Made by a program: the position numbers and the translations under genes | Part shown: one piece after another, positions 23,500 to 35,050 of the stretch | Numbering within the stretch: position 1 is the stretch's first letter | How the letters are laid out: the number at the start of each line of letters is the position of its first letter | Source of the DNA: Raillietiella orientalis | Taxonomy: Eukaryota | Direction of reading: 5' to 3' | Assembly (NCBI GenBank): GCA_036172245.1 | Contig: JAYWIR010000020.1 | Coordinates: 248,001-312,000 of the forward strand | DNA length: 64,000 nucleotides | Notes under the pieces: generated by a model | Databases searched by the model: none | Seen by the model: only the letters and a program-made list of their open reading frames with translations | What the model was told of the DNA's origin: nothing

Positions 23500-24900
23500 T
23501 CGTTGGCTTTCTGGATTTTCTTTCCTAGAGCGGTATCGGTGGAAGCGCATTACTGACGTCGCAGCCACTTCTTAAAGGTTCTGTTCCTCCTGGAACGCAA
23601 GCTCGACACAACCCACATCTTTCAGATAGGTCCTTGAGAAGTCTTGTCAGACAATGCGAAACCACGTAGCCGACCGATTCCCAATGGGTTTGGTGGAGTA
23701 ACTCCCGTCAAAGCCATGGGCTCCCTCTTTTGAGTTCCAAAGCTCGAGGGCTCTGGTTGATTGCATCGTTATGAAGAGGTTCGTCTCCTCCGCACCATCC
23801 ATCATATCGAATGGATCCGCGCATCATAAGCACGAAGAGCAGTGGGACAAGAAATACGCGTTCCCTTTGTATGAAGCCCTTCACTGGCCGGAAAGGACAA
23901 AGAGAGCATCACAGTCCCGAGCCCTGCCAAGAACAAAAAAAGCGAATGAACGTCTTCTGAGGTGCAGCTCATGCTTGAGATTACCATGGAGCACATCACA
24001 GGGTCAGCTGTCCACAAAGTGCGTTCACGTAGTCTGCAGAGGCCACAAATCCTGGATTTTCCATCGAAGTCATGGGAGGAATTTGATAAGTACGGATGCT
24101 TCCTGGATGACGCGGTTCAAATTTTTCATGTCCTCGAGAATAGCCTGGAGAAGGCTTCCTTCCCCCTTCCTTCGAACTCACGTGATGGTGTTCTTCAAGG
24201 AGTCACCCTTTCCGTCTGCGGCCTTGTCGTGTCGGATGTCTGCACTCCTTCTCTATCCATCTGGAGGTGCTCCTTCTCTTTGTCTCTCTTCTGTTTCTCT
24301 TGCATCCTTGACTTGGAGCTGGGTCTCCTCTGAGATGTGCCCTCCCCATAGCAGACTTCAGAAACATCCTGAAGTTTCCATTCTTCAGATCACGGGTAGC
24401 GGCGACGAACTTTCTTCGGGAGACGCGCTTTTGGAGTCTCGACTGCCAAAACTTCTCCGAGAAACCGGAACCAGCTGAAGTCCAGGTTGCCATGGCTGAG
24501 AGATGGTGAGTGCCTGCTCTCTAATTACTCCTCCGAAAGTTTCTAGATACATCTGTACGTACCTCCCTGAAGCTTCCAGGCGACTGGCACGCTTGAGAGT
24601 AGACGAATTCGGGAGTCCCCTGTCCAGGGCCAGAGTAAGCATGCTTTCTGGAATGGTAACGGTGACCTCAGTCTGACAGATCGCTGGCTACCATCCACCT
24701 TCCTTCGCCCCACAAATAAACAAGAGTTAGGAGACCGATGAGAGTTGAGAGCGGAACTGATAGAGAGGATAGCTGGCGTTTGCCTCACAGACCAAAAGGA
24801 CCAGAGTCCTCCTGACACCTAGCAATCCCTAGTTTGCCTTCCCGCGTAGTACACTACCGCGTTCTAGTGTCTCGGCTCCAGGCCTCTCTTCACACTGCGC
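23500..24900 (-). mobile_element. Decayed RT-region fragment of an L1/Tx1-like LINE
   Basis: Ordered degenerate motifs on the minus strand: LRGDP (KGD-like), HPGSI (PGRSI-like), GFVASADYVNA (LDFxKAF-like), GFIQRERVFLVPLLFVLMM (GVRQG..SPLLF-like). Many stops and frameshifts. Confidence 0.4.
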
Positions 24901-27900
24901 CTCAAACGTTGGGCGCAGAAGCAGTTGCAGATTCCGAGGTTTGGCTCAAAACGCACTACTGCTATGTCTTCGTCCGACGGAAAGAGTGCTTGAGAATTCC
25001 CAGTGAGGAGAAGGAAGAGGGAGGAAGAAGGAAGACTCCAGTCGCAAAAGTAGGAAGTAGGATGACTGGCTTGCCGTGTGCAGCTGCTTAGGAATACCAG
25101 TGCTGCTTTACTGCTACGCTTTGCTCTCACTGTGGTAACACAGAACCGATCTCAACTCTCTGAGCAAGCGGTGGTGACTGTACCAGAGTTCGATTCATAT
25201 ATGTGCATGCTGCCCTGCTCCTCTGCAGCATGCACAGATAGCAAAGATCGAAGAAGAAAAAAGGGAGGAGATAGGCATAGGCGTGACCGGATGAAATCTG
25301 TGTGCCGCCCACGAGCCTTGGAAAGCCTCGGAATGAAAAGTGCGTGCAAGGGGCGAGCGGGGAGTCCGCAGAGGCAGATGCGAAAGAATTCGCTACTCTG
25401 CTGGCTGCCTCTCTGCCTCTGAGCGCGTGGATCAGTGGCTGGGAGGACGGCGATTCCGTCTGTGCCTTCGTCTCGAGACGAGCCGTCTAGAAGTCTTTGA
25501 GCATCCCTCCCTTCTTCCGTGATTTGGGGGCTGGAGGGGGAGCGTGGCACGTACAAACCATCTCCTCCCCAAAAATTCTGCATCTCCCGACGGCAATTTT
25601 GTGGGCGCGACTTCCATAAGAACCGGGGCTTCCTCCGGTAGCAGCTCTCTCTCCCACACGCTGCTTTTCCTCGCGATAGCTCCTCGAAAGAAAGGGAGAG
25701 AAGGTATGAAAAGGGGAGGGAAAGAGAGAAGGATCATTTATAAAAACATGAAATTCATTGAGGCGGAATCTTCTGGGAACAATTTCGACAGCTTCGTCGG
25801 CAAGAAGATTGGAAATTCTTGATCGCATAAATCAGAAGGCTCCTGGCAACGGGCCACGGCCGTGGAGAAGCCAGCGATCCGCGGGTTCTCGTTCCTTCCG
25901 AACAAGAAGGAGTCATTTGCTTCGGTTCCGCGATGCCCACCGCGGATGCCTCCAGAAACATCACCTCAGCTGCTCTGTGGAGGAGCAGCAAGGGCGATGA
26001 AGGCACGGAGAGCCTGCGGAGCGGATTCCGCGGAAACCAGAGTGGGGCATGCTCAAAGCGGATTCTGAGCCGCAACCAGAATCGAAGCCTCGCCCCGGTT
26101 TCTGTCGATGTCCGCAGCCGTCCAGCCGTCTTCGCAGGGGTTCGATCCTTCTCCTGCCCCTCTCCCTTTTTCCCCTCAGGGATCGCGATGGAGAGTACAC
26201 CTTCCAGATTTCTCTCCGTTCCATTACGGATAAAAAAGAAGCATCCTCGAAGGTATGTGGCATGGTGCAGTTTACGCGAGAGAACTAGTGAAATGCAAGG
26301 AAATTATCCTTTCGTCCGGGGTGCAGAAGACTGCTTCATAACGTCCCAGGCCGCATCTCACAAGAGTGGAACTCGAGGAGCGCCTACGAATCGAGGACTG
26401 GAGATTTGCTTTCTGCGGCAACCCTCCGGTAACTATATAACTATATTCACGCTAGCATGGCTCTCGCAGAGATTGTGATCCTCTAGATTCGACATCAGTT
26501 CTCACATACGTCTCAGCAGAAAGCGGCAGCAGAAATGGAAGAGACTGCGGAGCGCGCGTGCCTCAAAGAATCCGAACATTGAAGGGGGGACTTGCTCCTA
26601 TTGATAAACTGCTCTACTTGCCGTCGGGAGCCATATCATGTCGAGGAAGAAGTGGATGCCGCGCAGGACCCACCCCTGGTTTCGGGCCTTCTAGAGAGAT
26701 CCGAATTTAGATGGAGGGCGACGGTTGGTAAGCAACCACGCCAGGTCGTAGACGAAGGCCAAGAGGAAGCGAGTGGTAGAGGTTTGCAGCGACGCTGACG
26801 TGCCAGTTGGTCGCCCAAGCGCCGGATGTGGGAGAAGAAGACGATCCGAATCATCTGATTCTTGGTTCTCTAGAATTCCTGTTCTCCTCCTCCTCTTCCT
26901 CTTCCTCCTCCTCTTCCTCCTCAGCATCACCATCACCTCAGTATGGCTGATGCTCGTCGACGGCGAGGGAAAAAGCGGAGTCTCAGAGAGTAAGTAGAGG
27001 GAGGTCTTGGGAGTCCAATGGACCTCGATTCACCCTCAAACTTAAGATGGGTGAGACTGTCTCTTTGGATAATTAGGACTGGAACTGAGGGGCGAACCCA
27101 ACTGCAGGTTACTTGGGATACGGATGCAGACGCTCCTCGGATGCCACGAGAGACATCGATTCCGATGGCGACCGTGGAACCAATCCTCTGAGGAGTGCGC
27201 AAGGACTCGCCTCTCGAAGCATCTGGTCCTGGAGATGGGGTACTCTCAAACTCCGAGAATCCAGGCACCTCCAACTTCCTGGACAGAGCCGTCCATTCCT
27301 CCTTGAGCTTCCTTCACATTCTTCCGTTTCTGGCCAGTGCGAGGAGGAAGGTGCGCACAAGAGGACCAGATGTGGGCTCTCCTGGAGATGTCTCCGTCGG
27401 CACAGAGCCCAGTAGTAGTAGCACGCCTTCGGGAGAGAATCCTGGATGCGCGGAGGAGGGTTTCTTAAGAACGGCCTCCGAGAACTGTTTGATGGATCCA
27501 ACGGCCGTGGAATCTTCCTCCCGTCTGCAAAGTGAGCGTGGAAGAGGCTTTCTGATTCGGTTGTTTCCGATACGAATGCAATGCATAGAAGGATGATACT
27601 TGCGGCCTCTGACCTCTCGGCAAGCTGCTGATGGTTCGACAGATTCCGAGTCCGGGCAGTCGGTCTCTCCCTTGCTATCGGGATCTGCAGCATCGCTCTT
27701 GAAGCTCGAGGGCTTTGCCTGGAGAGAGTTCTCAGACGCTGTTGTTGCTCCCAGGTGGTCGATCATTCCCTTCCGGGACGAGCGGACGAGAGAATGTATC
27801 GTCCTCTTCCTTCCTTCCCTTTCCTTTCCCGTCTCTCGGGGAAACCAAGTGACGGAGAAATCGAGGGTCCCTTCCAGAAGACTCACACCCGGAACAGCTT

Positions 27901-30900
27901 TCCTTTCCGAAGAGCGCGCTGGAGGAGGTGATGACAAGCCTCCCAGATGCCTCCAATGGGGATGCGCGTCGTCTTCTCCCTGGGTTCAGCAACTCCTTGA
28001 GTGGCAGCTCTGGCAACTTCTGGGACAGCTGCGGAGGCAAGAGAATGCCAGGAAGAAGCGAGGAATCTAAGGATCCTCCTCGTGCCGTTCGAGACAGAAG
28101 GGTCCCCCCTTCGGTGAGCAGGGAGATGGCTTCTCTTGCCAAATCCCGATCGAAGGGACCCTTTAGCGCGTTCCGTCTGCTTCCTGCTGCCCTTCCTTCG
28201 CTCTGCTCCCGCGCGTGTTTTCTCAGACTCTCCTTCCCGTGATCGCCAGTGCCTTCCTCTCAGAGTTCTGGCGCACTTCTCTCTGCCTCCCAAGTGTGAA
28301 GTCCTGAACTACGAGCTCATCATCCGGAAGAGCACAGGATCCTCAGATAGGGAGTCTCACGCTCATCCGGATTCTCGGTATCCCAGCTCGCTAGATGGCG
28401 TGGTGCGCTGACAGGGACGCGCACCTCTCCAGTCCGACTCTTCTCCTTCTTACTCCTCGTTTGCTCGAGGGACCTCCTTGGACGTGGGAGCAATGCCTAA
28501 ATGCAAATAATCCTTTTCCTGTTTCCTCGTCCTTGCACGGCTGCAGGAGATTGATGGTTTCAGGAGGAATTACTAAACGAATTTTTCTTTTCTTCCTTTC
28601 CTTTATCCTTCACGGCGCTTCATTTTCCCCAGGAGCCAAAATTTTGCTTTCAGACTGTTACTCTTTGGCTTCGTTGTATTTCGTGATGCTGCTTCTTAAG
28701 ATCCCACATCTCCCGACGTGGATGTTAGGCTCACCTCGTCGCCTCACCTGCCCCCTGCTCTCGCAAATTCTGAGACGCCGCGAAGGTGGCGCCGATAGTC
28801 GGGGCCGCAAGCTGGCTGAGTGCGCGACCCGCAGCCAGCCAGGGTGACGGCGCGGGAAAGGCACAACCGAATTCGGAAACGGGGCGGCTGTCAGGGAACC
28901 CGGAAGATCGGAACACTGAGGGGCCAGTGCTGCCTGACAGGCACGCAGCGTGAAGGTGAGGAAGAAAGAGGAAGAGAAGTATGGGAGGTGTGAGATGTGT
29001 ATCTGCGTGGCAGGCGGAGATCCGAGGCGAAGAGAAGAGAAAGCACCTCGTCCCCGTTTGGCTAGCCGCAAGCAGATCGCGGCCGCCGAAGAAAACCGCA
29101 AAGAGTGTGGCGCCTTCCGGGCCAGAGGAACAGCTCGGACCAGTTCCCCTGGGTCAGCTGCAGAAGTAGCAGAGTGCCGTGAGCTTGCACCAGCATCTTC
29201 CACCTCTCGCCGCGAGGCTGCCACACGCTGGCTGATGCCGATACCTGACTAGAAGAGCTCTGCGGGATGATCCAGCCAACACGGTCCTTATCCCGTTCCC
29301 CACCCCCATCACAGGGATTGCACCTTCTCGCATCCTGAGGCAAAGAAAGCAGCAGCACCGCAGCACCCTGTCCGGGAGCCGGCAGCGATCCTTTCCGTCG
29401 CCCGCATAGAGACCCCGAGACGCGATGGCATCAACTCCACCTCCCGTTCCGTGGGTGAACCCCTACAGCACATCTTGGCCCGATTACGTGGGCAGGGGAA
29501 ACCGTCGGCTCGTGTCTTCCCGTCTCCTTGTCCTCTGCTCCCGTTTGCTGATCGCTACTGCAGCCGCGGGCAAGGAACACGGCACCATGGATTCGACCTA
29601 TTTCTTCCTTTCCTCCTTATTTGCTCACTTTGAACCCCTACCCTCCATGCTTCGCCTCCTCTAAGACATGTGACGTACTGTGACGTACGCTTGTTCATTT
29701 TTAACACGAGGATCCAGGAGAGCCAGCGGGGAAGAACCACGAGGACTGCGGGAAACCGAAGATGTATTCCGGGAGAGAGCCTCGGTTACCCGGAATGACG
29801 AGGAAGGAGGTGGTTAGGAGAGTATGAGAAGGGAAAGGACAATGGCAGCTCATCCTCCTCCACCCATCTTGAGATCGATTTGGTGGCGGGAGTGTCTCAG
29901 GACAGAACACGGGGAGAGGGGTCGCACGGGACGCTTCCCTGGATCCGCACGGTCTGACCGAAGGGCGTGGGGAGACGCTCCAATCGGAAGAAGCCACAGC
30001 AGCGGAGCGCGCAGGAAATCGCTGAGTTCTTTCTCTCGTCTCTCGGAGCTCCAGGCGCTAAAGGAGCTGCCATGGAAACGGATTGCGAGCAGCATGCGAT
30101 CCAGTTGTCAGGTTGTGCCCGGAGCGATCCCCCTACGAAGAGTGAGCGCGCGTTTCCCAGTTGTTTCGCTTCCCAGGCGTGGCGTGTCTCGGAGTCCGTG
30201 TGGTGCGAGCTCCGGTGCAGCCGCACGCGATGGAAGCCAAGACGCCTGGCAGTTTTGCAATCGAGATGCGCCGCTAGAGGCGCTGCTGCGCATCTGCATC
30301 CGGAACGCGGCCAAGAGAGTGCGGACCATATAGAAAAGAACCGTCCCTTCCCTCCCCACTTCTGTCCTCCTAGCCTTAAAATCGCGTGAATTCCCAAATT
30401 TCTCCCCCTCTTCCTGTTGCCTAAAATCCCACTGCCCACAGCAAACAGGAGGAGACCTCGGTCATAGGCGGCTCGTGAAGGCGGGTTGGGAGTAAGGGGC
30501 TCTTTTCGAATTGGTCTATCAGAAATGCAGGGGGGATAGTGCTGACTAGAGGTGGGAGGAAGAAGGCCTTCGTGGCAACAGAGGAAGAAGGCAGGGAATT
30601 GGAAACGCTTGCGCCCTCTTTATTGGCGACGACTCCCCTAACTTGATCCTTGGATGCTCAATGCTTGTAGCTGAAGATGGATGGACTTTCGTCCAGATGA
30701 TGGACTTTCTTCTGATTTCCGGAGGAGAAAACTCTTGCAAGACATCCCTCAAATCAAGCGCCAGATCAAGTGATTTCCCTTCCCTCTATCCCTACTCCAT
30801 CCCTACTGCAACCGAGTCGGCCAGCAAGGTGTCCATCAACAAATCTGTATGCTATCCCTACCACCGGACCACGAACGCTTGCATCTTCCTTTCACCCTTC

Positions 30901-31011
30901 ATGAAGAGACACCGGGTTGCCTCTCTCGGTAAGGCCGGGAACTACTTGCTTGTAAGTGCACCGTGGAGGTCGGGGGCGCCAATTTGTGCCCCCACGAATG
31001 CCCGCATAGGC

Positions 31012-31074
31012 GACTGTGTGGCTGTGGTATCCGCTCATGGCACCAAGAGTTGCAGGTTCGAATCCACACATGGA
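31012..31074 (+). other. Degenerate tRNA-like sequence (tRNA pseudogene or SINE head)
   Basis: Perfect B-box GGTTCGAATCC at 31055-31065, preceded by AAGAGTTGCA; 5' GACTGTGTGGC resembles a tRNA-Arg start with an A-box-like motif. Too short in the D/anticodon arms, and the T-stem is mispaired. Confidence 0.3.
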
Positions 31075-31169
31075 GGATCGACGCCGTGAGTTTCGAGTCC
31101 CATCCGCAAGATGAATGGCTGACCTGCAGGCTTCGGGTGCAGCACTGGTTGACACCCGGTCACCTGGGG

Positions 31170-34100
31170 CGTTTATTTATAAATAATAAACATGCATGTC
31201 TGTGGCAGGACGTTTGATCATGCCAGATCACTTATAAATATGAGAAGGAACCTACCCTGAACTGGTACGCAGGCCAATGGAGTTCTCCTCGGCAGCAGGG
31301 GAAGGGGAGACAAACAAAAGGATAAAATAAAACAAAAAACAATACAGTCAATAAATGGGCGGGAAGGGATCACTGCATGCTGGAGGATGTCCTCTGCATC
31401 CTCGCAAGAATGCCGGCAAGTTCCTGTTTCAAGACTCCCAGATGGGACCATCTTGACGCTGTTCTCAAGAAAAGAACGGCATAATAGATAGCATCCCTGT
31501 CGTTCTGGCCTTCTCTGGCCTTGCTTCATGCAACCACGATCCCTCCCATGGACAGCGCAGTGCTGCTAGGGATGCGGCTGGCGTGAGGGCGACGCTCAAA
31601 AAGAGGCATTTTGAAACGTTTCTGACGTTGCCGCCGAGGGTTCCAAGGGTCGCGGCAAAGCGTCTCCACAGGGGTCGGAGGGCAACACAGTCCACTTGAA
31701 TGTTAGAGAGGGGTTTCCGCTCCCCTCACCTTGCACAGTGTGGGTCCACACACTTGTGTCCAATGATGTAGGCGGGTGTTGCACGGGAGACTCCAGTGCA
31801 GCAGCATTAGCTCCACTTAAAGAGGAGGGTGCGGGTGTTCATGAGCACCGGGTGCCATTGCAGATCTTCCTCTGGAATACTCAGTAGTACGCTCAACGCA
31901 TAAGTCCACAAGGTTGAGCAGTCGGGGCTGCAGCGTTGGTGAGCTGGCCCGTTTTCCACTCGCCTAGTCCTTTTCTCCTTCGAGAGATTTCCACAGTAAC
32001 CTCTTATCTAACCGTAAGGCAGCAGCCTTACGGTTAGATACTGTCTTTGTGTTTCCTAAGAGAGGACAGCGCGACGGAGAAGGGGGTTCTGCTTGCCCAT
32101 ACACTCTTCACGGGATCTTCCAGAGAGTGCAGTTGTTGCGCGCGTACAGGAAACGTCGCCCCTGTTCCGCGCTTGGCTTCTGGATCCTCGCCCACGGCGA
32201 ACTGTTTCCTGCAACCAGGCACCACCATTCACGGGACGGGATGAGATCCACCTGCTTTTCCTCCCCAGTGTGGCCACCTGCCGAAGGTGCAGTCCTCAGT
32301 GACTGAGACTGCGTGGACGGCGGGCAAGGAAGGTCGCTATCCCACGCTGCCGGTGGCTTGCTGTACGAGAAGACATGCAGGCTGGCACCAGATGGTGCTC
32401 CAGAACCTTTCCATGAGGGCCGAAACTAAAGCTGCAGCTCCATTTGCTCCGGCGTCAGGAGACCTAGGCCCCCATCCCGGCGCGGAGCACACAAGTCCTT
32501 CAAGCGGACTCGGGGTTTCCCTTTGTCCAAGAGGGCGATCCAGAGGAGATCCTTCGTCCTCTTTCTGATGCTACATGGCGCGGGCAAACAAAAAGCAGAA
32601 GACAGAGGAAGGGACTTACGAAGGCATTTCACACCGCGACCCGTTCCGGCAGGTGAAAACTGCGTCTTTGGAACGGGCCGAGCGCCTGCAGTACTTTCTG
32701 AAGATGGCCGGACCAGGATTCTGAGGAGCAGAAGTCCCCCAACAAAACGCCCAGATACTTTAGGTGCCGGCCCGTGGAGATCCCCAGGAGGATCCAGTCT
32801 GGTCGCCCTGCCCACGCCGCACCAACGGGAATCACGGACGACTTTGCCTTCTTCACCAGCACGCCCGTTCCGCGTCTGAGCAACTTGAAGAAACCCTTGA
32901 GTGCTCATGCCGGGGTGGACATGGGGAGCAGCAGCACCAGATCGTCCGCGTATGCTGAGACGGCAGGCGTGTCGGGACATACGCGCGACTGGAGAGCCAG
33001 GATCTCACTGTACATTCTCAGCACCAATTCAAAATAGGTGCTAAAGAGGGCTTATGCTTCTCCCTGACGTATTCCGCGTTGCACCGGCACGTCGTGCACC
33101 GTCTGCCCGCTGAAAGATATGTTGATGAGCGCGTGGCGCCAGCTGGAGCGCAGATAGATCGACAATGAGGCCGGGAAGCCCAAGCGTTCCATCATCTACA
33201 AAAGCTCCTGGTCGACACAGTCGAATGCCTTGTGCAATTCGACTGCGACCGCAAGGGCTCCCATTCCCGTCGGACCTTCCCGTTCTTGGCTGACGGACGC
33301 TCCAGAATTCCGGTTGCCTATCATCTTCCTTCCCTGTTAAAGTGCGATTTAGGTGCTAGCACAGAGCAGGTTGGAGTCCATGCTCCTCCTGGGAACAGCA
33401 TACGACTGTCCAGGCTTGGAAGAATGAAGCTTTCCGCCACTCTACCTAACCTCTCGGCCCACAGTTTCGCTAGCAACTAGCAGTCCGCGTTTACCACAGT
33501 AATCGACCGCCAGTTGCTTTTGGTCCTTAGGTCTTCTCCTTTGGAGAGCAGCCGCACCTTAGCTGAGCGAAACGAGAAGGGAACGTTGCCTTTTTTGCGT
33601 ATCAGCAAGATCGATTGCTGTACCAAAGGAGTGAGCTCTACCGTACATTAGAAGAACTCCTCAGGCAGGCCATCTTCCCCTGGCAGCTTCCGCTTCTTAA
33701 GCGTCCCGATCGCGATGATGATCTCACTGTCCGAGAAAGGTTCTTCGAGGCTTCTCCTGTGCTTCTCCCCGATTGCTGGAGAACCTTCCGGGAGCAGGAA
33801 TCGCGCGATGTCCCGCTCGGAAGGCGTTCTCTCGTACAGGGAAGAGAAGAACTTGCGAAGAACTCTTACCTGTGTGAGGGCCGAGTGCTTCCGACCCTCT
33901 TCGTCCGGCAAGCTGGCTGACCCGAATTGCCAGGCTTGCCTCTCAGCTCCCGCTTTGAATTTCACTAGTTTCCAGATATCGGGTGTTCCGCTGTAACGGC
34001 GCACGCACAGGTACGCCCACTCCTTACGGATATCCTCTCCGAAGCCTGGAGATAGGCGGTCCAGGGGGAACTGCTGGAAGAACTCTCGATCTGAGCGTTT

Positions 34101-35050
34101 GAAGCGGTTCCAGTCTTCGAGCGTCTGGAACCTGAAACCACGTAAGAACGTGCGGAGGTGTTCCACGGCTTTCCGAAGGTTTACCCAGCTCCCTGGGAGG
34201 AGTGGATTTTTCGCCGTGGGTTTCCATCCTCCCCCCCCCCCCCCACGAGCTGGTTGGCATGCAGACTTCTGGCGCGGCATTACTGGAAGCCTGAAACTCA
34301 CGGATGCTCTTGTTGACTGGCCTGAATTGCAAGTTGACCCTCCGAAGTCCTTTCAGGAATCAAAGAGGCGGTTCTCTTTGGGGTTCCTTACTGGATGTGA
34401 GGATGGAGCCGTGGTTAATGCATGCCATGGAGCTGGTTGATGCCTCTCCAGATTGTAAGAAGCGCGCTGCTTCCTTCGAGGAGCAGCGCACTTCAGAGAA
34501 ATTTGGAAGCGTCTCTTCGGGGTTCTCATCAGAGGAGGAAACAAGTAGCAATTCCCTTGAAGGTTTCCTTCGGAGAAGAAATTCCGAGAGCAGATCCTTT
34601 CCGGGTCCCATTCCGAAAAAAACGAGGAGTGGATCCCCCGAGTTCTTCTTTGTTTCTGATTTGCGCGGCAAGTGGAGCCAAAATATCCGAAGATGAGGTT
34701 TATGTGCGTCGGCAAAACTCCAGGGGCAGTCACCTCCACCTCCACTTCAGGACGTTTCCTTCACCAGCTCCCCCGCAAATGTGCGTGAGTAGCCCCCAAA
34801 AGTACCCCATCGCACCGCCTCATGCGCCTCTACCCTGAAAAGACCCTTCCGAAACTCGAAACGCCCCCATTCTTCGTAGCACCAAGGGTTATCCCGAAAC
34901 TTGACGTCTTCCTGGAGCTTCCGTTTCGAGATGCTATTGGTCACTTCCTATGGAGCTGCTTTCGAGAGTCATTGGCCAGACACTGTAGCCCATTTTTCCC
35001 CGTGCTCATTATTTGGACGTGAATTCGGACAAGATGCCGGACCTCGGTGG
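31170..35050 (-). mobile_element. L1/Tx1-clade-like non-LTR retrotransposon ORF2 (APE endonuclease-RT-zinc knuckle), pseudogenised; best-preserved copy in the window
   Basis: Minus strand, in order: KLQE (~34915), NLIFGYFG (GDFN-like), GGWKPT..LL, LEEPFSDSEIIIAIGTLKKRKLPGEDGLPEEFF, NWRSITVVNADC*LLAKL, KAFD (33220-33231), RGIRQG, AYADDL (YADD 32941-32952), LKYLGV, PRRDGGLG, LPCNTR..PHCAR*GE..C knuckle (~31690-31790), then a T-rich 3' UTR and AATAAA (31172-31177). Several in-frame stops and frameshifts. Confidence 0.92.
32005..32040. repeat. Perfect 16-bp inverted repeat with 4-nt loop
   Basis: tatctaaccgtaaggc-agca-gccttacggttagata; the arms are exact reverse complements. Confidence 0.95.

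Noticed and set aside
25749..25822. MKFIEAESSGNNFDSFVGKKIG as a fourth BAF-like fragment
   Set aside because: Only vague similarity; no VPG(I/V) hairpin, no helix-5 Trp, no tail, and it stops after 24 codons.
28400..30500. Many overlapping 100-190 aa ORFs on both strands
   Set aside because: R/S/P/G-rich translations expected from GC-rich non-coding DNA; no domain or splice-supported structure.
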